DNA of 63,050 nt, filler included, from Globobulimina sp. (GCA_003354225.1; 34 parts of 34 records of this genome joined end to end with filler, not necessarily neighbours in it); one strand, 5' to 3'. Positions 37,159 to 52,014 are shown, numbered from the whole stretch's first letter. Notes: a model not told the origin generated them from the letters alone. Made by a program: numbers and translations.

Positions 37159-38179
37159 GTCTGTGTATGAGGCCATTTTATATATTTTGCCAACACGATC
37201 CAGAATGGCAGCACATCCGTTTATTACTGACCCAATCAAATCGTTTGTATATTCATTGTTAGATTCGTTGCTTGGAATTGTGGTTATGATGATTATTAAC
37301 CATAGGTTACGGAAGGAACACATTACTGACTTAGATAATAATTTTAAAAACTTTCTACATATTGCTAGTGAGATAATGGCACAGCCAAATGTGAAAACTG
37401 TTGAAGACAAAAAAAAAAAGAAATTGCAAAAAAATGAAAAAATTGAAAAAAAACAAAAGAAACGAAAAAAAAAATTAAAAAAAATGAAAGTGGATATAAT
37501 TGAAGAAGGAGACAATAAAATTTATGCACAACAGGGTGATGTAGTAATTATTAATTATGTATCAAAATATTATGGAGGTGATTATCATAAAAAAGAGATT
37601 GATTCAGGAAGCAATAAAGTATTTAAAATCGGTCGGAAACAAGTGATTCAAGGATGGGAAGAATGTTTGACTGCAAATAAATTATCATTAGGATGCAAAG
37701 CGAAAATAAGAATGCCCCATAATTTATGTTATGGCTATCACATTGATATTCCATTCGGTCAGGACATGCATTTCGAGATTGAATTATTGCAAATTAATGC
37801 AGAAAAACGAATTATTAAACCTTTTACTGAATTAAATACAATAATAGTAAAAGAAGGAGATAATGAAACATTTCCAGTGAAAAATGATTATATTTTGATA
37901 CATTATTCTGGATTTTTCCATGGAGGCCACAAACATACCCAAAAATTTGACTCCTCACTTGATAGAAATAAAACATTTGGATTTAAAATTGGCAAAAAAC
38001 AAGTAATCAAAGGTTGGGATGAAGCAATTATGAATTTAAGCAAAGGCAGTAAAGCTACACTTGAAATACCATCGGAATTTGGCTATGGCAAAAAAGGGTC
38101 GCCGGATAAAACCGTGCCAAAAAATCAAGATTTGCGTTTTGAGATTGAAATTATTGACATTAAATCAAACAAAAAATGA
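37159..38179 (+). CDS. Tandem double FKBP-type peptidyl-prolyl isomerase
   Basis: Two QVIxGW repeats; FDSSLDR; GYGKKG...LRFEIEI. Confidence 0.9.
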
Positions 38180-38299
38180 AGAAATTAATATGTAAGACAG
38201 AAATTACAGAACAAAGAAACAAAAAAATTGAAAACAATATTATATACTAAGAAAGATAAATAAATGGTAGAATAAGAATATACATATCAATGATCGATG

Positions 38300-38915
38300 T
38301 CATTTTTGTGTTCGAGGGTATCGTTTAGTTCTTGCGGGTTGACCCTTTGTACAACAATAGAATTCAATTCTGGTTTCATATCTATTCCTCACTATTCGAC
38401 AGCAAAATGTCCAAATTAATATAAACAAAATCGCCAATATAATGATTGAAACACACGTAATAAACACGAGTATCTCAACAATGGTCGCCATGAATAACAC
38501 GGGTGAATTGTCTCTAATCCATTCATATTGAACTGATACTTCAATCACAATCGCAAATAAACCAAAAAAATAAAAAATTAATATGATATAAAACAACAAC
38601 GTCGCATATAACTTATTATTCGGATTCTCCTCCACCGAAAATATTTTGCCCCATAACTCAAGCATGCGTAACAAAAATATTCCGCTCCATGGCAAACATA
38701 CTAAAAACAAATTAATCCACCAAATGTTATATTTCTTTGGCGCATTCTCAGGCTTTGGCTGTTCAATCAGCACCGGCAACAAATATATGATAAATAGGAT
38801 CAACAAAATAACAGATTCGATTATTTTTGATCGCTGTGATCTTTTCTTGACTGGATATGTACTGAACGGCCAATGGAATGGCAGTGGCTGTTTAGAGTCT
38901 AACTGTTCATCCACA
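38300..38915 (-). CDS. Four-TM membrane protein, 5' partial
   Basis: Four hydrophobic helices. Confidence 0.6.
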
Positions 38916-39045
38916 NNNNNNNNNNNNNNNNNNNNNNNNNNNNNNNNNNNNNNNNNNNNTTAATTAATTAANNNNNNNNNNNNNNNNNNNNNNNNNNNNN
39001 NNNNNNNNNNNNNNNTTCGATGCAATTAAACAACGAATCATAGCA

Positions 39046-39751
39046 ATGAATGAACAAAAGCAGCCGCAATCAAATTCATTATATTCAAATTTTGATTCTT
39101 TGTCCCGACCACATCCTATGGATTACGTAATAAATTCACAAAAAAATCCAGTTTCAAAATCGATCCATACACAATTAACCCAAACGGATAGAAACTCATT
39201 TGATTCCAACCAGTTATTTTACATTTTTTCTTTACTGTTTTAATATTAATTTATAATTCAACACAATTCACAGATTATTGGGAAATGAACAAATTCAGAA
39301 TGAAAATTATGACAAAATAATGTTAAAATTAAATGAAATGAAAGATTTAATAAATAATAATGGTAAACAAATAAAACAAAATGAAATAACTCAAAATGAT
39401 AATAATAAAATGCAAATTGAACAAATTCAAGATTTAAATCAATTGTTTGAAATGAAACTAAATAAACATAATGAAAAATTAGTGAATGACATAAATATTA
39501 CCTTACAATCTTTCACACAAATAATAAATCATCAAATCACACAAAACAATAAACAAATGATCAGATATATTGATTCAAAATTTAATAATAAACGTAAACG
39601 AAGAAATTCAAAGCAAAATAACAGAAATAAAAATAAAAATAAACGAAGAAAGTCTAATAAAAATAATAATACACAAAGACGAATGAGTATTATATCGATA
39701 TCTGAAGCGTTTCAGTTAATTAATATATCTGTTTTGAATTCATTGCAATAA
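39046..39751 (+). CDS. N/Q/K-rich coiled-coil hypothetical protein (likely spliced)
   Basis: Two adjacent ORFs; low complexity. Confidence 0.35.
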
Positions 39752-40107
39752 ATCCAATGTTTTAATTGTAGAAACAGTCAAGTTTTTGATTTTCTATTAA
39801 ACGAAACTCCATTATCACAAAAAAATGATAATAATAAAAGAAAAAGAAAAAGAAAAAAGAAAACACCGAAACAAATTTCATTATTTGATTCATCCGATGA
39901 AGAGAGCAGCAGTGATGATCAAGACATGGACAATGCATATTATTTGAGATCCAAAAGACGGAAAGTAATGAACAAGAGGACACTTTCTTGACTCTTTTAA
40001 CATAAAAACTGTTTTTTTTTTGTCGTTTTCTTACTGACTGACAGTGACAGCATCCTTTCGTTTCATTACTTTGAGCCGTAGTCTAGAAACAAAAAACGAC
40101 CTATTAA

Positions 40108-40772
40108 ATGGGTTCAGCAATATCAGGGGAAGCGCCAACCGCTCAGTTAAAGCAAAAAGCGAGAAACATTGATGCACAATTATTAGAATATAAAGAAGGT
40201 GGCGATTATGGCAGTGGTTCCTCACCAAATGTACAATGGGATAATATGATACAAAATAAATCAACTAATGATTTATTAGAAGAATCCATTGATCCGAACA
40301 ATAATAAATTAAATAACGACCCATGCGTACAAAGATTAACGTATATAATAAATGAATATAATAATATTCAAAAAAAGAAAGCATCGCCATATGCCTTCAT
40401 CAATGGATTAAAAGCATACTCTTTAATACAACTCCTCAATGATTGGATTCATATCAAATCCGTGTACATTGATAATAAATATGGGAATAATGCATTTAAT
40501 CCCCAAGCCATATGGGATTATTTAAATATGAGCTTAAAGGAAACCGAAGAATCACAAGATATCTATACACGCAATGTTCGCGACAAATCGTTATTAGGCA
40601 ATCAAGGTTCACGTAAAGATGTATATAATGGTTATAGCGATACCTTTAATGTGGTAACCTTTCATATTTTGGACTCAATTCATTGTTATTTTTACCACGG
40701 TGAGCCAGTCAATGATAATGACGAAGATTTAATTAAACAAAAAACAGAATGGGAACGTAAATGTGGAGTTGG
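40108..40772 (+). CDS. Hypothetical protein with MG-x-x-x-S myristoylation-like start and His-rich helical domain, 3' truncated
   Basis: MGSAIS; CVQRL...LLNDWIH...R..RD...LDSIHCYFYH. Confidence 0.65.
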
Positions 40773-40872
40773 NNNNNNNNNNNNNNNNNNNNNNNNNNNN
40801 NNNNNNNNNNNNNNNNTTAATTAATTAANNNNNNNNNNNNNNNNNNNNNNNNNNNNNNNNNNNNNNNNNNNN

Positions 40873-41540
40873 AACCGCTAAAATTGTATATTTCCGAATC
40901 ATTGTAATCATTTTTGATTCTTTGTTTTTATCATCGTCACTTTGATTTGAACTGGATTGTGTCACTTGAAATAATTTATAAATAAATTGAAGTGATAAGA
41001 TTGCATGAAATATTACCACACAAAATAACAATATGCCCCCAGCTAACAACGAATATGCTTCATTCTCCACAATATAATCAAAATAAACCACTGGTAATAA
41101 AGTCACAATTCCTGCCAAAAAAAAGAATGTGAAGAAACAGCATATAAACGTTTTTGATATCTCATAGGCGGTGGTATGGAAAATATAATACAAACGAAAG
41201 AATAACGCCAATAAAACAGCACCCCAATGGATTATATAGCTCATTATTGCCACCATCCAGGATATATCAGAGAGGGAAGAATAATTTGGAGTGAAACAAT
41301 AAATAAAATGATTATTCGTATATAAGATTGTTGATATTATACAAGAAATATAGAATAATATATGCGTGATATGCAGAAATCTCATCCCTTTTAATTTTGC
41401 CATCTCACTCATTTTACGCAGTGCGCGTATACACAAGATACTTGTAATGAATGTAATGAAAAATTCCACAAAAAATGTTCCGATTTCCCAATACAAATGA
41501 TTTTTGCATATCTCATTGACAAACAGAGAATTAATTAACA
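40873..41540 (-). CDS. 7TM GPCR-like membrane protein, 3' truncated
   Basis: Five TM helices; FFRLYYIF after TM3; KYTIL at the start of TM6. Confidence 0.7.
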
Positions 41541-41746
41541 TTGCTTTGCGATTTTCACTGTGATATTGCAAGCAAAAATAAAGCATGTCGGCAGGGCAAA
41601 TTAAACAATGGGCGCAAACGCAAGACAATCTCGATATTTATCAAATAAATGCATTTTTATTTGGCACAGGACAACGTAAATTTTATCCAATCGGAGTGTG
41701 GAAAGTAAGTTTGCCTTTTACAACCTGAGTAACAATCAAAATTAAT

Positions 41747-42601
41747 ATGGAACTAAAAAAAGTGAAACAAAGTACAAAAAGTACACTTTTTTTTTGTTCC
41801 ATAAATCATTGTGGTACGTTACACTCTAAAGTTATTGGCATGTGTTGGTTTACAATTATTTGGTATCGTCTTTTTAACTCTACAAACATGGGATGATGCA
41901 GGCTTTAATTGTGGCGATGCCGCTGTCTGTCAGGGATACAATGGCGACACAGACACTGTTGCATGGTATGGTTTGTTTACTTTGTTTTTGGTAATAATAC
42001 ATATTCAAATCAAATGTGCATGTTTTAGGATGGCATTCTTTTTTGTCTCCTTTGTATCGATAACTTGTGCGGAGGAATTAAGAAATCTTGGCAATTATGG
42101 AATGTATGTTTGTTATCCTCGCACCTCATACATAGATAAATAGATAAATATATGTAAATATATTGAAGGTATGGTTGGGGAGACCAACAGCCAGAGTTTG
42201 TGAGCAAAATACTTGTTGCCGTCGGATTGTATGCCAATATAATCGTATTAATCTTAGCATGGTTATGTTCTTCAATCGTTATTTTTGCATCCAAGGACAT
42301 GTTAGAAATGGTGTTAAATAGTGTGGCTGTCTTATTTATGATAACCATCGACGATGAGATTGTAGGATTCAGTGATTATAACAATGTAATGACAACCATG
42401 GCGTCGTATGCCTCACAATCAAAAGCATCTGCTGCATTGGATAAAATTGCGACAACTTTGTTAAAAATTCAAAAAATATGGGCAAAACCAATTATTTGTA
42501 CAGTACTTATTACTCCATTAACCATTATCGCACCGTTATTTACAATCTTGTGCTATGGATCGACCGGTTATGATTCTAATTGTAGTGTTGTTGTGCCATA
42601 A
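41747..42601 (+). CDS. Multi-pass membrane protein (spliced)
   Basis: Consecutive hydrophobic exons; MVLNSVAVLFMITIDDE motif. Confidence 0.6.
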
Positions 42602-42729
42602 ACACATTGTAATTATAAAACTGTAAATTNNNNNNNNNNNNNNNNNNNNNNNNNNNNNNNNNNNNNNNNNNNNTTAATTAATTAANNNNNNNNNNNNNNN
42701 NNNNNNNNNNNNNNNNNNNNNNNNNNNNN

Positions 42730-44246
42730 CTTTAAAAGAATTAAAAGAAGTCGGTGTTAATGATGTTACCTTATTTGAGTATTTTGATGAAATTGGAGGA
42801 AATTGGAATCCCAATAATGACAAATGTGGTGGCTATAAAGGAATGATAAGTAACAGTTCATATACAGTTTGGCCATATTCTGACTATATTTATGATATAC
42901 AAAATTATGGCTTTACTATAAAAAATCATCCAAAATTTACAAAGATTGAACATGTTTATCAACATCTTGTGAATTATGCAAACCATTTTAATTTATACCA
43001 GAATATCCAATTAAATTCAGAGGTGGTTAAAATCAGAAAAAATAACATCAGCAATAAATGGGATGTCCACGTATTAAATACCAAAACTAATAATATTAAT
43101 ATTAATGTGTTTGATAAAGTTGTTTTATGCATTGGAACCTATCGATCACCACAATATCCGTCGAATTTTAATCAAATAAAAGCAAATTTTAAAGGAGAAA
43201 TATATCATTCAAGAGATATGAAACAAGTAAAATCATTTAAGAATAAAAAAGTATTAGTTGTAGGAAATTCTGTTTCTGCTTCAGATGTGGTCGAATATGC
43301 ATCAATGAATAATGCTGAACACGTTTATAATATATATCGCGAACCACGATTATTATGCAAATGGTTCAGAACAGATAATGATAATATAAATGAAGCAGAT
43401 CATACCATGGACTCTGTGCTAATGGCAAGAAATAGCAAATTGGATCCAAGCAAATATGCAGTATATTTAGATAAATATGGATTTATTACACCAAACGATA
43501 TCGCAACTGCAAAATTGCGTTTTTGTTTTGGTTTAGAATATTTTTGTAAAACAGGACTTGTCACAGGAATTCATGGCGAAATTGAATATGCTGAAAATAA
43601 CAATGTGTATTTAAAGAATTATGCATTAAATAATATCGATATAATTATATTTGCGACTGGATATTATCCAAATGGTCATTACAATAAAATTTTATCTAAA
43701 AATATTATTAATCGAATTTATAAACCGGAAATATCGAGATTTCAGCACTTATTATATTTATTAACATTTATTCCGGGATACGAACAAGAAAATATTGCAT
43801 TTAATGGAGCGAACAGTATATTTAATCAAACTGCTCTCGAACTTCAAGCAAGATTAATCGCGCAAGTTTGGAATGGAAACGTTAAATTGGATGACATTGA
43901 TAAACAGCAGAAATGGATCAAGGATACGTTAATTGATAATGATCCATTATGGTATACACCGGCAATATTACCATTTCCTTATATGGACGATATTGCCGAA
44001 TGTATCGGAATTTTACCAAAAAAGAAAGACTTTCCAGCTGAATATCAATATATTTATGAGAAATTAAAAAGAGATTATGGCTATCCGTCACAATTTAGAG
44101 TTGTTGGGCCAGGCAGCAATGATCAAATTAAAAGTCAATCTATAAAAATGTTAGCAAAAATACTTGCGATCGATAAAAGAGAGTCGAAATTTCTTCAAGC
44201 ACAAGTTTGTGGTATTCCGTTTGCTAAACTTTATAGTAAATTGTGA
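42730..44246 (+). CDS. Flavin-containing monooxygenase (FMO), 5' partial
   Basis: IGGNW upstream, FKGEIYHSRD (FxGxxxHS), VLVVGNSVS, FATGY, ELQAR. Confidence 0.92.
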
Positions 44247-44900
44247 TTTAAAAAATGCACTTATTTTCTTTCTATTTTATTTTGTAATTTGTATCTTGAG
44301 AATATATATATATATATTCCCCAAGAATATATATATTCTCAATATATATTATTACAGTGATGTATCGGATAAGATGAAGACAAAATGATCAAAATTATAT
44401 GTGTGTGATTTACATTGTGTCTTAATAAAATAAAAAACTTCTCGCCCATTTTTGTGAAAATCCTTGAAAAAAAAAAACAATTTGTANNNNNNNNNNNNNN
44501 NNNNNNNNNNNNNNNNNNNNNNNNNNNNNNTTAATTAATTAANNNNNNNNNNNNNNNNNNNNNNNNNNNNNNNNNNNNNNNNNNNNCTTTTCAAAACAAA
44601 AGTATAGGGTGAGAGTCTTTGCAAAACATGGTGTCCCTGCTTATGTTTTGATACGAAATACCCCACTACGGATACAACATTTTTAGATGTTTGGGGTTCA
44701 AATGGGGATCTCTGGGATGACTTCTCTGTCTCACAAATTGATGGTAAAAATGCCATTGTTGGCTATGATGATATAAGCTATGAATCGCAATACGTGTACC
44801 GATTGTGTACTTTAAAATTAAAACAAACAAACAAAGTCAAACAGATACATAATCAAAGAAACAAAGGATCTTATATTCATCCAATATTTCTAAGTGTCAG

Positions 44901-46343
44901 TTACAATGAATTTATTGATTGATTAACAACGTTTAATTCATTTCGTATCCGATCAACTTGTTGTTTTAAACCATTATCTTGGTTTTTCAATATCATTCCA
45001 CGTGCTTTTAACTCATCAATTGGCGATTTAATATGTTTACATTCAAATTTATCATCGGATATAACATTAATCAAAGCCTGGATTGATTCCTCATAACTTT
45101 CTAATCCAATCGGTATGACAGGAATATTCATATTCAGATCAAATCTCTTACAAATATCTTGCTGCAATGATAATGTTTGATTATTTCTTTCAAACTGAAG
45201 TTTATTAATTCGTGAATCAATTCTCGTTGCCACAATTATCAACAATTTAAAAAATACATCGCCAAACATTTTATAATATTGTTGCAACATTTTTTGAAAT
45301 CCATCATCAAACCTAACATTGGTAGAATTTCTAATCAATATAAAATTATTAATACCTCCGCAGCCTTTCAAATATTTACATAATTTATTCCCATGATCTC
45401 TATATAATCAATACATAACATATCATGTTATGTGATAACATTCACACAATTAACACACAACAAAAATGCCATTCAAACATACCTATCCCTACCAAACGAG
45501 TCGCTGAATCCAGGAGTATCGACCACTGTGATTTTATTGTTATTCATTACTATAATTGATTTTGAATGTTTCTGAGTGCATGACGCCCCATCACCAGATG
45601 CTTTAAATGGTCCTTCATCGCCAAACATAGATTTATCACCACTTAATCTGTTACAAAATGTCGATTTACCATCACCGGTATGACCGAGAGTTATAATAAG
45701 TTTTGTCCCTTCATCATTTCGCTCGGCTTTAAAGTCCTCGATTTCTTTTTCTTCTCTATATATTTGTTGCATTAAATTAACAAATTCTGCATGTTTGAGA
45801 TTATATTCTTGCCGTTTTTCAGTGAGTTGCGTGGTTAACCATTTTTTTCTATTTTCTAATTGTGTTTTTTGTTCTGCTCGTTTTTGCCTTAATTGCTGAG
45901 CATGCCGTCTTTGTTCCTCAGCTAACTGTTGTTGTAATCTTCTAATTTCTGCCTCTCGTGCTCTCCTTTCCCGTTCTATTCGTTCCCGTTCTTCTCTCGC
46001 TCTACGTTCTGCTGCTTCCCTCGCTTTGCGTGCTACATCTTCTCTCGCTCTGCGTGCAGCATCTTCTCTCGCTCTACGTGCGGCATCTTCTCTCGCTTTA
46101 CGTTCTGCTGCTTCTCTGGCTCTCTGAGGCGCAAAATGGCCATGTAATTTTTTACATAATTCTTCCAGTGCATGTTTTTTTGCTCCGTTTCTAGATTTCC
46201 ATCCTGATGAACGTACTGAAATTCCAGTGGCAGAATCACGTGCGTAACCAGTTCGACGGTGCAATCCAGATACATCAACGGTGCAATGTCTTCCTAATAT
46301 ATCGTTTGGATAACTAAATGAAGGACTCGTTTGTGACACTACG
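44901..46343 (-). CDS. AIG1/GIMAP-like P-loop GTPase with N-terminal dsRBD-like domain and charged helical repeats; intron 45400-45482
   Basis: GHTGDGKS, SCT, VVDTPGFSDS and TRID motifs; REDAARRA repeats; the splice keeps the frame. Confidence 0.85.
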
Positions 46344-46443
46344 NNNNNNNNNNNNNNNNNNNNNNNNNNNNNNNNNNNNNNNNNNNNTTAATTAATTAAN
46401 NNNNNNNNNNNNNNNNNNNNNNNNNNNNNNNNNNNNNNNNNNN

Positions 46444-47497
46444 AATGGATACTATGCAACTTATCAATGTTTATAAATTTAGCAATATATCCATTGCAAC
46501 GGCAAAGAATTGGAATGCAAATTATTGGATTGCTGGAAAGCAAAGAAATGAAAAAACAAAGTATTATTTGGGCGCATTGCAAGCAACTACACCAACACAA
46601 AATGATTATTGTCGCAAAACTAATTTTGATTTGATTCATAACTCGCATCAATTGGGACAGTTTAAACTGTTACAAAGCAACTTTAATCACAACAAAAAGA
46701 AACAAGTTTGTCGATATGATAATATTCATCGATTCGGCGGGCGATGGATTAAACAAAATAAAAATGCGAATCTCAACCAGTATAAAAATAAGCAATGTAG
46801 AAAGAAAGAGTGGTTTTGTAATGTTCCTGCGATATATGTGCCATATGATTGTGAGTGGAGATATAATGATACTGTTCAAATATTGCTTGATTTATATCAT
46901 TTGAATGGAATTCATGAAATAACATTTATTGGCGACTCTATTATCAATCAGATGTTTGATACAATGAATACTTTGTTGAGTGACAATTTATTGATAAGTT
47001 TGGAGAACGTCAAATGGGACAAATTTGAACGTTTTTTGTTTCATGACATGAGGATAAATGGTATAAATGCTGCAGTGGAATCTAAGAATGTATTTATAAC
47101 AAATTTGGAACTGGTTCATAGATTATGGCATGATACTATTGCCGAAGTGGAACAGTTTTTGAATAAAACTGCAAATTTGTTTGAGACTTACTTCATTGTC
47201 AGATATGGGGAGGATAGCAATAATTGGCCAGCATTGGTGATTGTGGAATTACCACTAATTATATCGGAAAGAGAATATCATTGTACTGCACCACGAGTGG
47301 TTAAGATAAATAAATTATTGCATCATTACTTTGCCAATCAGGGCCATTATGAATATAAATGGAACATATTGCCTTTAGAGGCGTTGACTGCAGCAATGCA
47401 ATATAAATATAGTTTGTTGCAGGATGGATTGCATCCTTCTGCTTTTGTTACTGTTGACATAATTAGGATTATGCTCGAAATGCTGCTTAATATTTAG
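46444..47497 (+). CDS. SGNH / PC-esterase-like protein, 5' partial
   Basis: YVPYDC, FIGDSI and QDGLHP motifs. Confidence 0.8.
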
Positions 47498-47589
47498 TGT
47501 TAGTAACTGACAGTTAGTTTGCTCAAACGAGTCAAATCCATCAACATTTTCTTAAAGCTAACGGATAACATTAAGTCAATTAAATTGTA

Positions 47590-48080
47590 ATTATATATGT
47601 TAATATTGTCGACACATTCAAAATTGCGCATAAATTGATTACAATCTCAAACAATGGGAAAACTGTTACAGGCAATGGTGGCGGTGGTCGGTTTAGCAAT
47701 GCATTTGGAAGTATAGGAATTGATGCGAGCAGCAAAGAAAAATATAAATGGAGGTTGACATGTAAGAAAAGGAGGAGAGGTTCGATGTTCATTGGTATTC
47801 AATCAAACAGGAATGTTTATGCTGAGTGGAATGAGATGGTGGTGCTGCTGAGAAATTACATTTAGGAAAACAGGAAGAATATGGAATTAAATGGGGTGTC
47901 GGTGATGTAATTGAGATGAGAGTTGATTTTGGAAAACAAGAAATGGGATATTCAGTAAATGGCAGTGATCAAGGAATTGCTTTTAGGAATCTACAGTTGG
48001 CAAAAACATATTATTTGGTTGTTGCAATGTATAGGAATGTTAAAGGAAATAGCAGCATTTTTTTACATGATTTTAAATAA
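47590..48080 (+). pseudogene. SPRY/B30.2 domain remnant with a frameshift near 47835
   Basis: First frame NAFGS...YKWRL...FIGI; second frame YGIKWGVGDVIEMRVDF...NGSDQGIAF...YYLVV ends at TAA 48080. Confidence 0.7.
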
Positions 48081-48300
48081 TATAATCTGTAATAATTATT
48101 ATTACAATGTCCACTAAGTTCAGAGGTTAACAAGTTAGAAAACTTTGTTTGTTTATTCAAAGTTGAAAACCACTCTCGCCAATCACAAAAGAAGTGTGAA
48201 NNNNNNNNNNNNNNNNNNNNNNNNNNNNNNNNNNNNNNNNNNNNTTAATTAATTAANNNNNNNNNNNNNNNNNNNNNNNNNNNNNNNNNNNNNNNNNNNN

Positions 48301-48893
48301 GATTGATTGAACAGAAAATAGGTTTGCTTATGCTCAATGACAATGAAATTGTGTCAACAAATATATTCAAACAACAATCACTTCAAAAAACAAAAACACC
48401 CAAAAGACTCAAAAAATATACAAAAACTAATTCGAATCGCAAGCGTCTGAACAAAAATGTATCTAAAAGGTGTACCAACAGTTTATACCAGAAACAATTC
48501 AAAAAACTGTATTCAAAAATTGCAAAGATTGATAATAAAATGAACAAATTGCATCAAAGATTACAAACAAATAACAAAGCAGATAAAATTCACAAAACTT
48601 CTTTGATAAAAAAGAAACGCGTACGCAAGACAAGAAAAACAAGATACAAATCCGAGACAAGACAACTCCAAAAAGTACACAAAGTGATTGGCACAGTACG
48701 TTCAACCAATCCTAATTCCGAAATACAACCAATGCAGATTCCGATTGTAATTCCAACAGAAAACAAGAAGAATGAAAAGGATCATGAAAAGTTATTGAAT
48801 CAACTGCAGCCACAAAAAGCAACCATAAAAGTACTTGAACAGCAAATAGAACAAATGAAACAAAGAGAGAGTACAATACATGAGTTATCATAG
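48301..48893 (+). CDS. Lys-rich coiled-coil hypothetical protein fragment
   Basis: 196-aa ORF open from the contig edge. Confidence 0.45.
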
Positions 48894-49039
48894 AAACTTC
48901 TACCAATACAAACTGTAATAAATATTACTTCTTGGAGTATGCTACTGCCCATCTAATTGATCTAAACTTCATATATATTTGACCGCAATGCGAAAGCGGT
49001 ATCTAGATGTTACTAATCAATTTTAGTTATATAATTACT

Positions 49040-49166
49040 TTAGAATAGGACGTTTTTAGAACACTTTTCTTTTGAAATTGTATACTTTATCCTAGCACTG
49101 TATGTCAATCTCCATAGGATTTTAAATTGTTTAAACACGCGGTATTCTAAACACGTCCTATTCTAA
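49040..49166. mobile_element. Small MITE-like element with 22-bp TIRs
   Basis: TTAGAATAGGACGTTTTTAGAA versus TTCTAAACACGTCCTATTCTAA, one mismatch. Confidence 0.6.
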
Positions 49167-50227
49167 TTAAGTATTATCAATGTTAGATTTTTTTCATCTT
49201 TTCTCATGACTACTAAATTAGTAGTCATGTTTTCTGTTGAAAAACTTTAAATTTTCCCAGAGTTCACGAATCTTCAAAACTTTAAGAAATCAATTTTCCC
49301 TCCACCCCACTAAACTAACCATCCCCTCGTCATTTTCAACGAGTGCAAAACGATATGTATCACCCGTGGATATGCCTCTCAATTGCTGGTGATAAGCGGA
49401 TGCAGCGTTCTCATGTATTATGCTGCACATAAGAGGATCGATTGGTGTTGCTGAAGTTTAGACGATTGGTATAATATCAAAAAAATGCTCGTTATTATCA
49501 AAGTTTTAATCAAGTCCAATGCAGTTATATTTACGTGGGTGAATGAAAACAGTTTAGGTGGATCGTGGAGTGGGGAGTTGATTATATAATGGTTATTAAA
49601 GTGGCGCATTATCGCGTCTTATGTATTATAAATAATTGAATGTGTTTTTTGATTTTTTTTCAAGTTTAATCCTATCCAAACATAAATGTGTTTTATAGTA
49701 TTTGTTTTACGCATATTCGCAATAAATAAATTATTATTAATTGTCCCTGTAACTAATGATTATTTAATGATTATTCAATGATTTTAAAATTGTGTACGTA
49801 GCAAATTCGCACACTAAAACTATTTTAGATTGGCATCAAAATTTAGTGTGATTTTGCGAATGTTTATAATTAATAATTATGTTTTTAAAATGTTTATAAT
49901 TAATATCAAGTTGTTGTATTTAGGACATGCACCAACAGAGAAAAAATCCTAAACCGTAAAAGGAGATATCAATCAAAGTGCCGCATTGAAACCTTGCTAA
50001 CTTTTATTTGTTTTTGGATCCTCTTTCTCTGTTTTTGTCCTCTCGTTATTTTTATTTNNNNNNNNNNNNNNNNNNNNNNNNNNNNNNNNNNNNNNNNNNN
50101 NTTAATTAATTAANNNNNNNNNNNNNNNNNNNNNNNNNNNNNNNNNNNNNNNNNNNNAAAAAAACCTCTATCCTTGCACTTAAATGTCAAGCAACTATTT
50201 ATTTTATTTATATATATATACAGTTAT

Positions 50228-51857
50228 TTACGAAGAATAAGTTCCATCAATATAATCTTTGAAGAATTGAAAGCCAGCTTCCGGGCAATAAGTCGGTATC
50301 GTGTGGCCACAATGCTTTACAGTTTGAAAAGTGATTCCTTGATACACTTTCACCACACCTGCGACATCTTGATTTAAATGCCAATCTTTCATATGTGTCA
50401 CCACAGATTGTCCTAAACATTCAATCCATCTTTGCGTCCCCAAAAACGGCACCGCACTGTCTGCGTCACCGCTCACTACCGATATCTTCCAACTTGGCTC
50501 ATTCGCAAAGAAACTCGGAAACAGCAACGCTATATTTGCTGTTTCCGAGCCATAACGCCATCCACTTGGCGTACTCGGCCACTTTCTCGCATAATGAGTG
50601 TCCGCATGGATAGCTTTCAAGACATCCGCTCGGTTCATATACTCTCCAGTCCAGTCAGACATGCATGGATTATACACATATGTTGTATTAATGTCATATT
50701 TCTCTTTTAAATATACCAACCACGGCGTGTGTTGCTCAACAAATCGTTTGTTCCAAGCTGTGTCAGCCTGTCTGTTGTGGCAGGTCGCTGCATTGATATC
50801 GTACGGATCCCATATGCTTGGAATATAACTGTAAGCCTCTCGGTTGGCAGAGGAACAGACTTGACTGGGATGCGTAAAATCTCTCGAACAGTTTGTTAAA
50901 AATTGAGTCCAATCGCAGGCGTCCCTCGATTTAATATACGCAGTTTGCGGCAATAAGCCATGGCTCCATAAATATGTCTGGAATGCATACTCGTTCGTGT
51001 TATAATACCAGTCACTGTTTATGGCAGGATTACCAATCAAAAATCCTTTAATTTGCCAAGAATTTGCTTTTCCATTTTCTACGATATATTGCGCCAATTG
51101 CGGAGTGTAATGACCCTGTTTTTTAATGTTTATCCGAGTGTATAATGTATGTATAATATAATATAATATAATAAGATGTGCATTTATGTATTTTGGCTTA
51201 ACAGCGTATGACTCTCCAGTTAAATAAAAATCATTGCTCACAAATGATGTGAAAACGTTAAAAAAGTTGACTAAAAATAGGTAATTCATTTTTGCAGATT
51301 TTTCGTCAGTGCAGTTATATCCGCTGCTTTTATTGCTATAACTAAAGCCAACGCCGGATGGAGATTCTAGATATATTATCGATGCAATCTTATTCCAACT
51401 CCAATCATAATCATTTACGCCCGCTGCATTTTCCTGCAGTCGAAACGGTCCATGTTCGATCCATAAACCTACCATACATTATACGTATGCAGTATGCACA
51501 GTTAACAGAAATCGATAGAAACGTTTCATACCATCAGCAATGGACGAAGCACCTGGTCCTCCTTAAATGCATAGTAACACAAACAACAAATAATCAAAAT
51601 ATAGCATAGAAATAAAACAAACCATTATTCCACAATGCAATTGGGTCTTTACCGGGATCTCCCCGACTTTCAACAAACCAAAAATATAATGCTGTTTCAT
51701 CTTCATCACCAAGAGGCATATAACCAGCATATTGCTTAAAAGACAAATCTGAGAATGTACCATTGTACAGAGGCAAATTAGTGATTAAAAAATCTGATGG
51801 TTGTAATTGAGAGTAACAACCAATTATACAAATTGAGAGAGCAATAAGGAATTGCAT
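50228..51857 (-). CDS. Serine carboxypeptidase (peptidase S10), complete, three short introns
   Basis: Signal peptide; LWNNGGPGASS and GESYAGHY after splicing; SGDADSAVP and CGHTIP. Confidence 0.95.
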
Positions 51858-52014
51858 CTTGGATGACTAGCTCACAATTGATCGACTTCACAGAAAACTT
51901 TGTTTGAAAATAACNNNNNNNNNNNNNNNNNNNNNNNNNNNNNNNNNNNNNNNNNNNNTTAATTAATTAANNNNNNNNNNNNNNNNNNNNNNNNNNNNNN
52001 NNNNNNNNNNNNNN

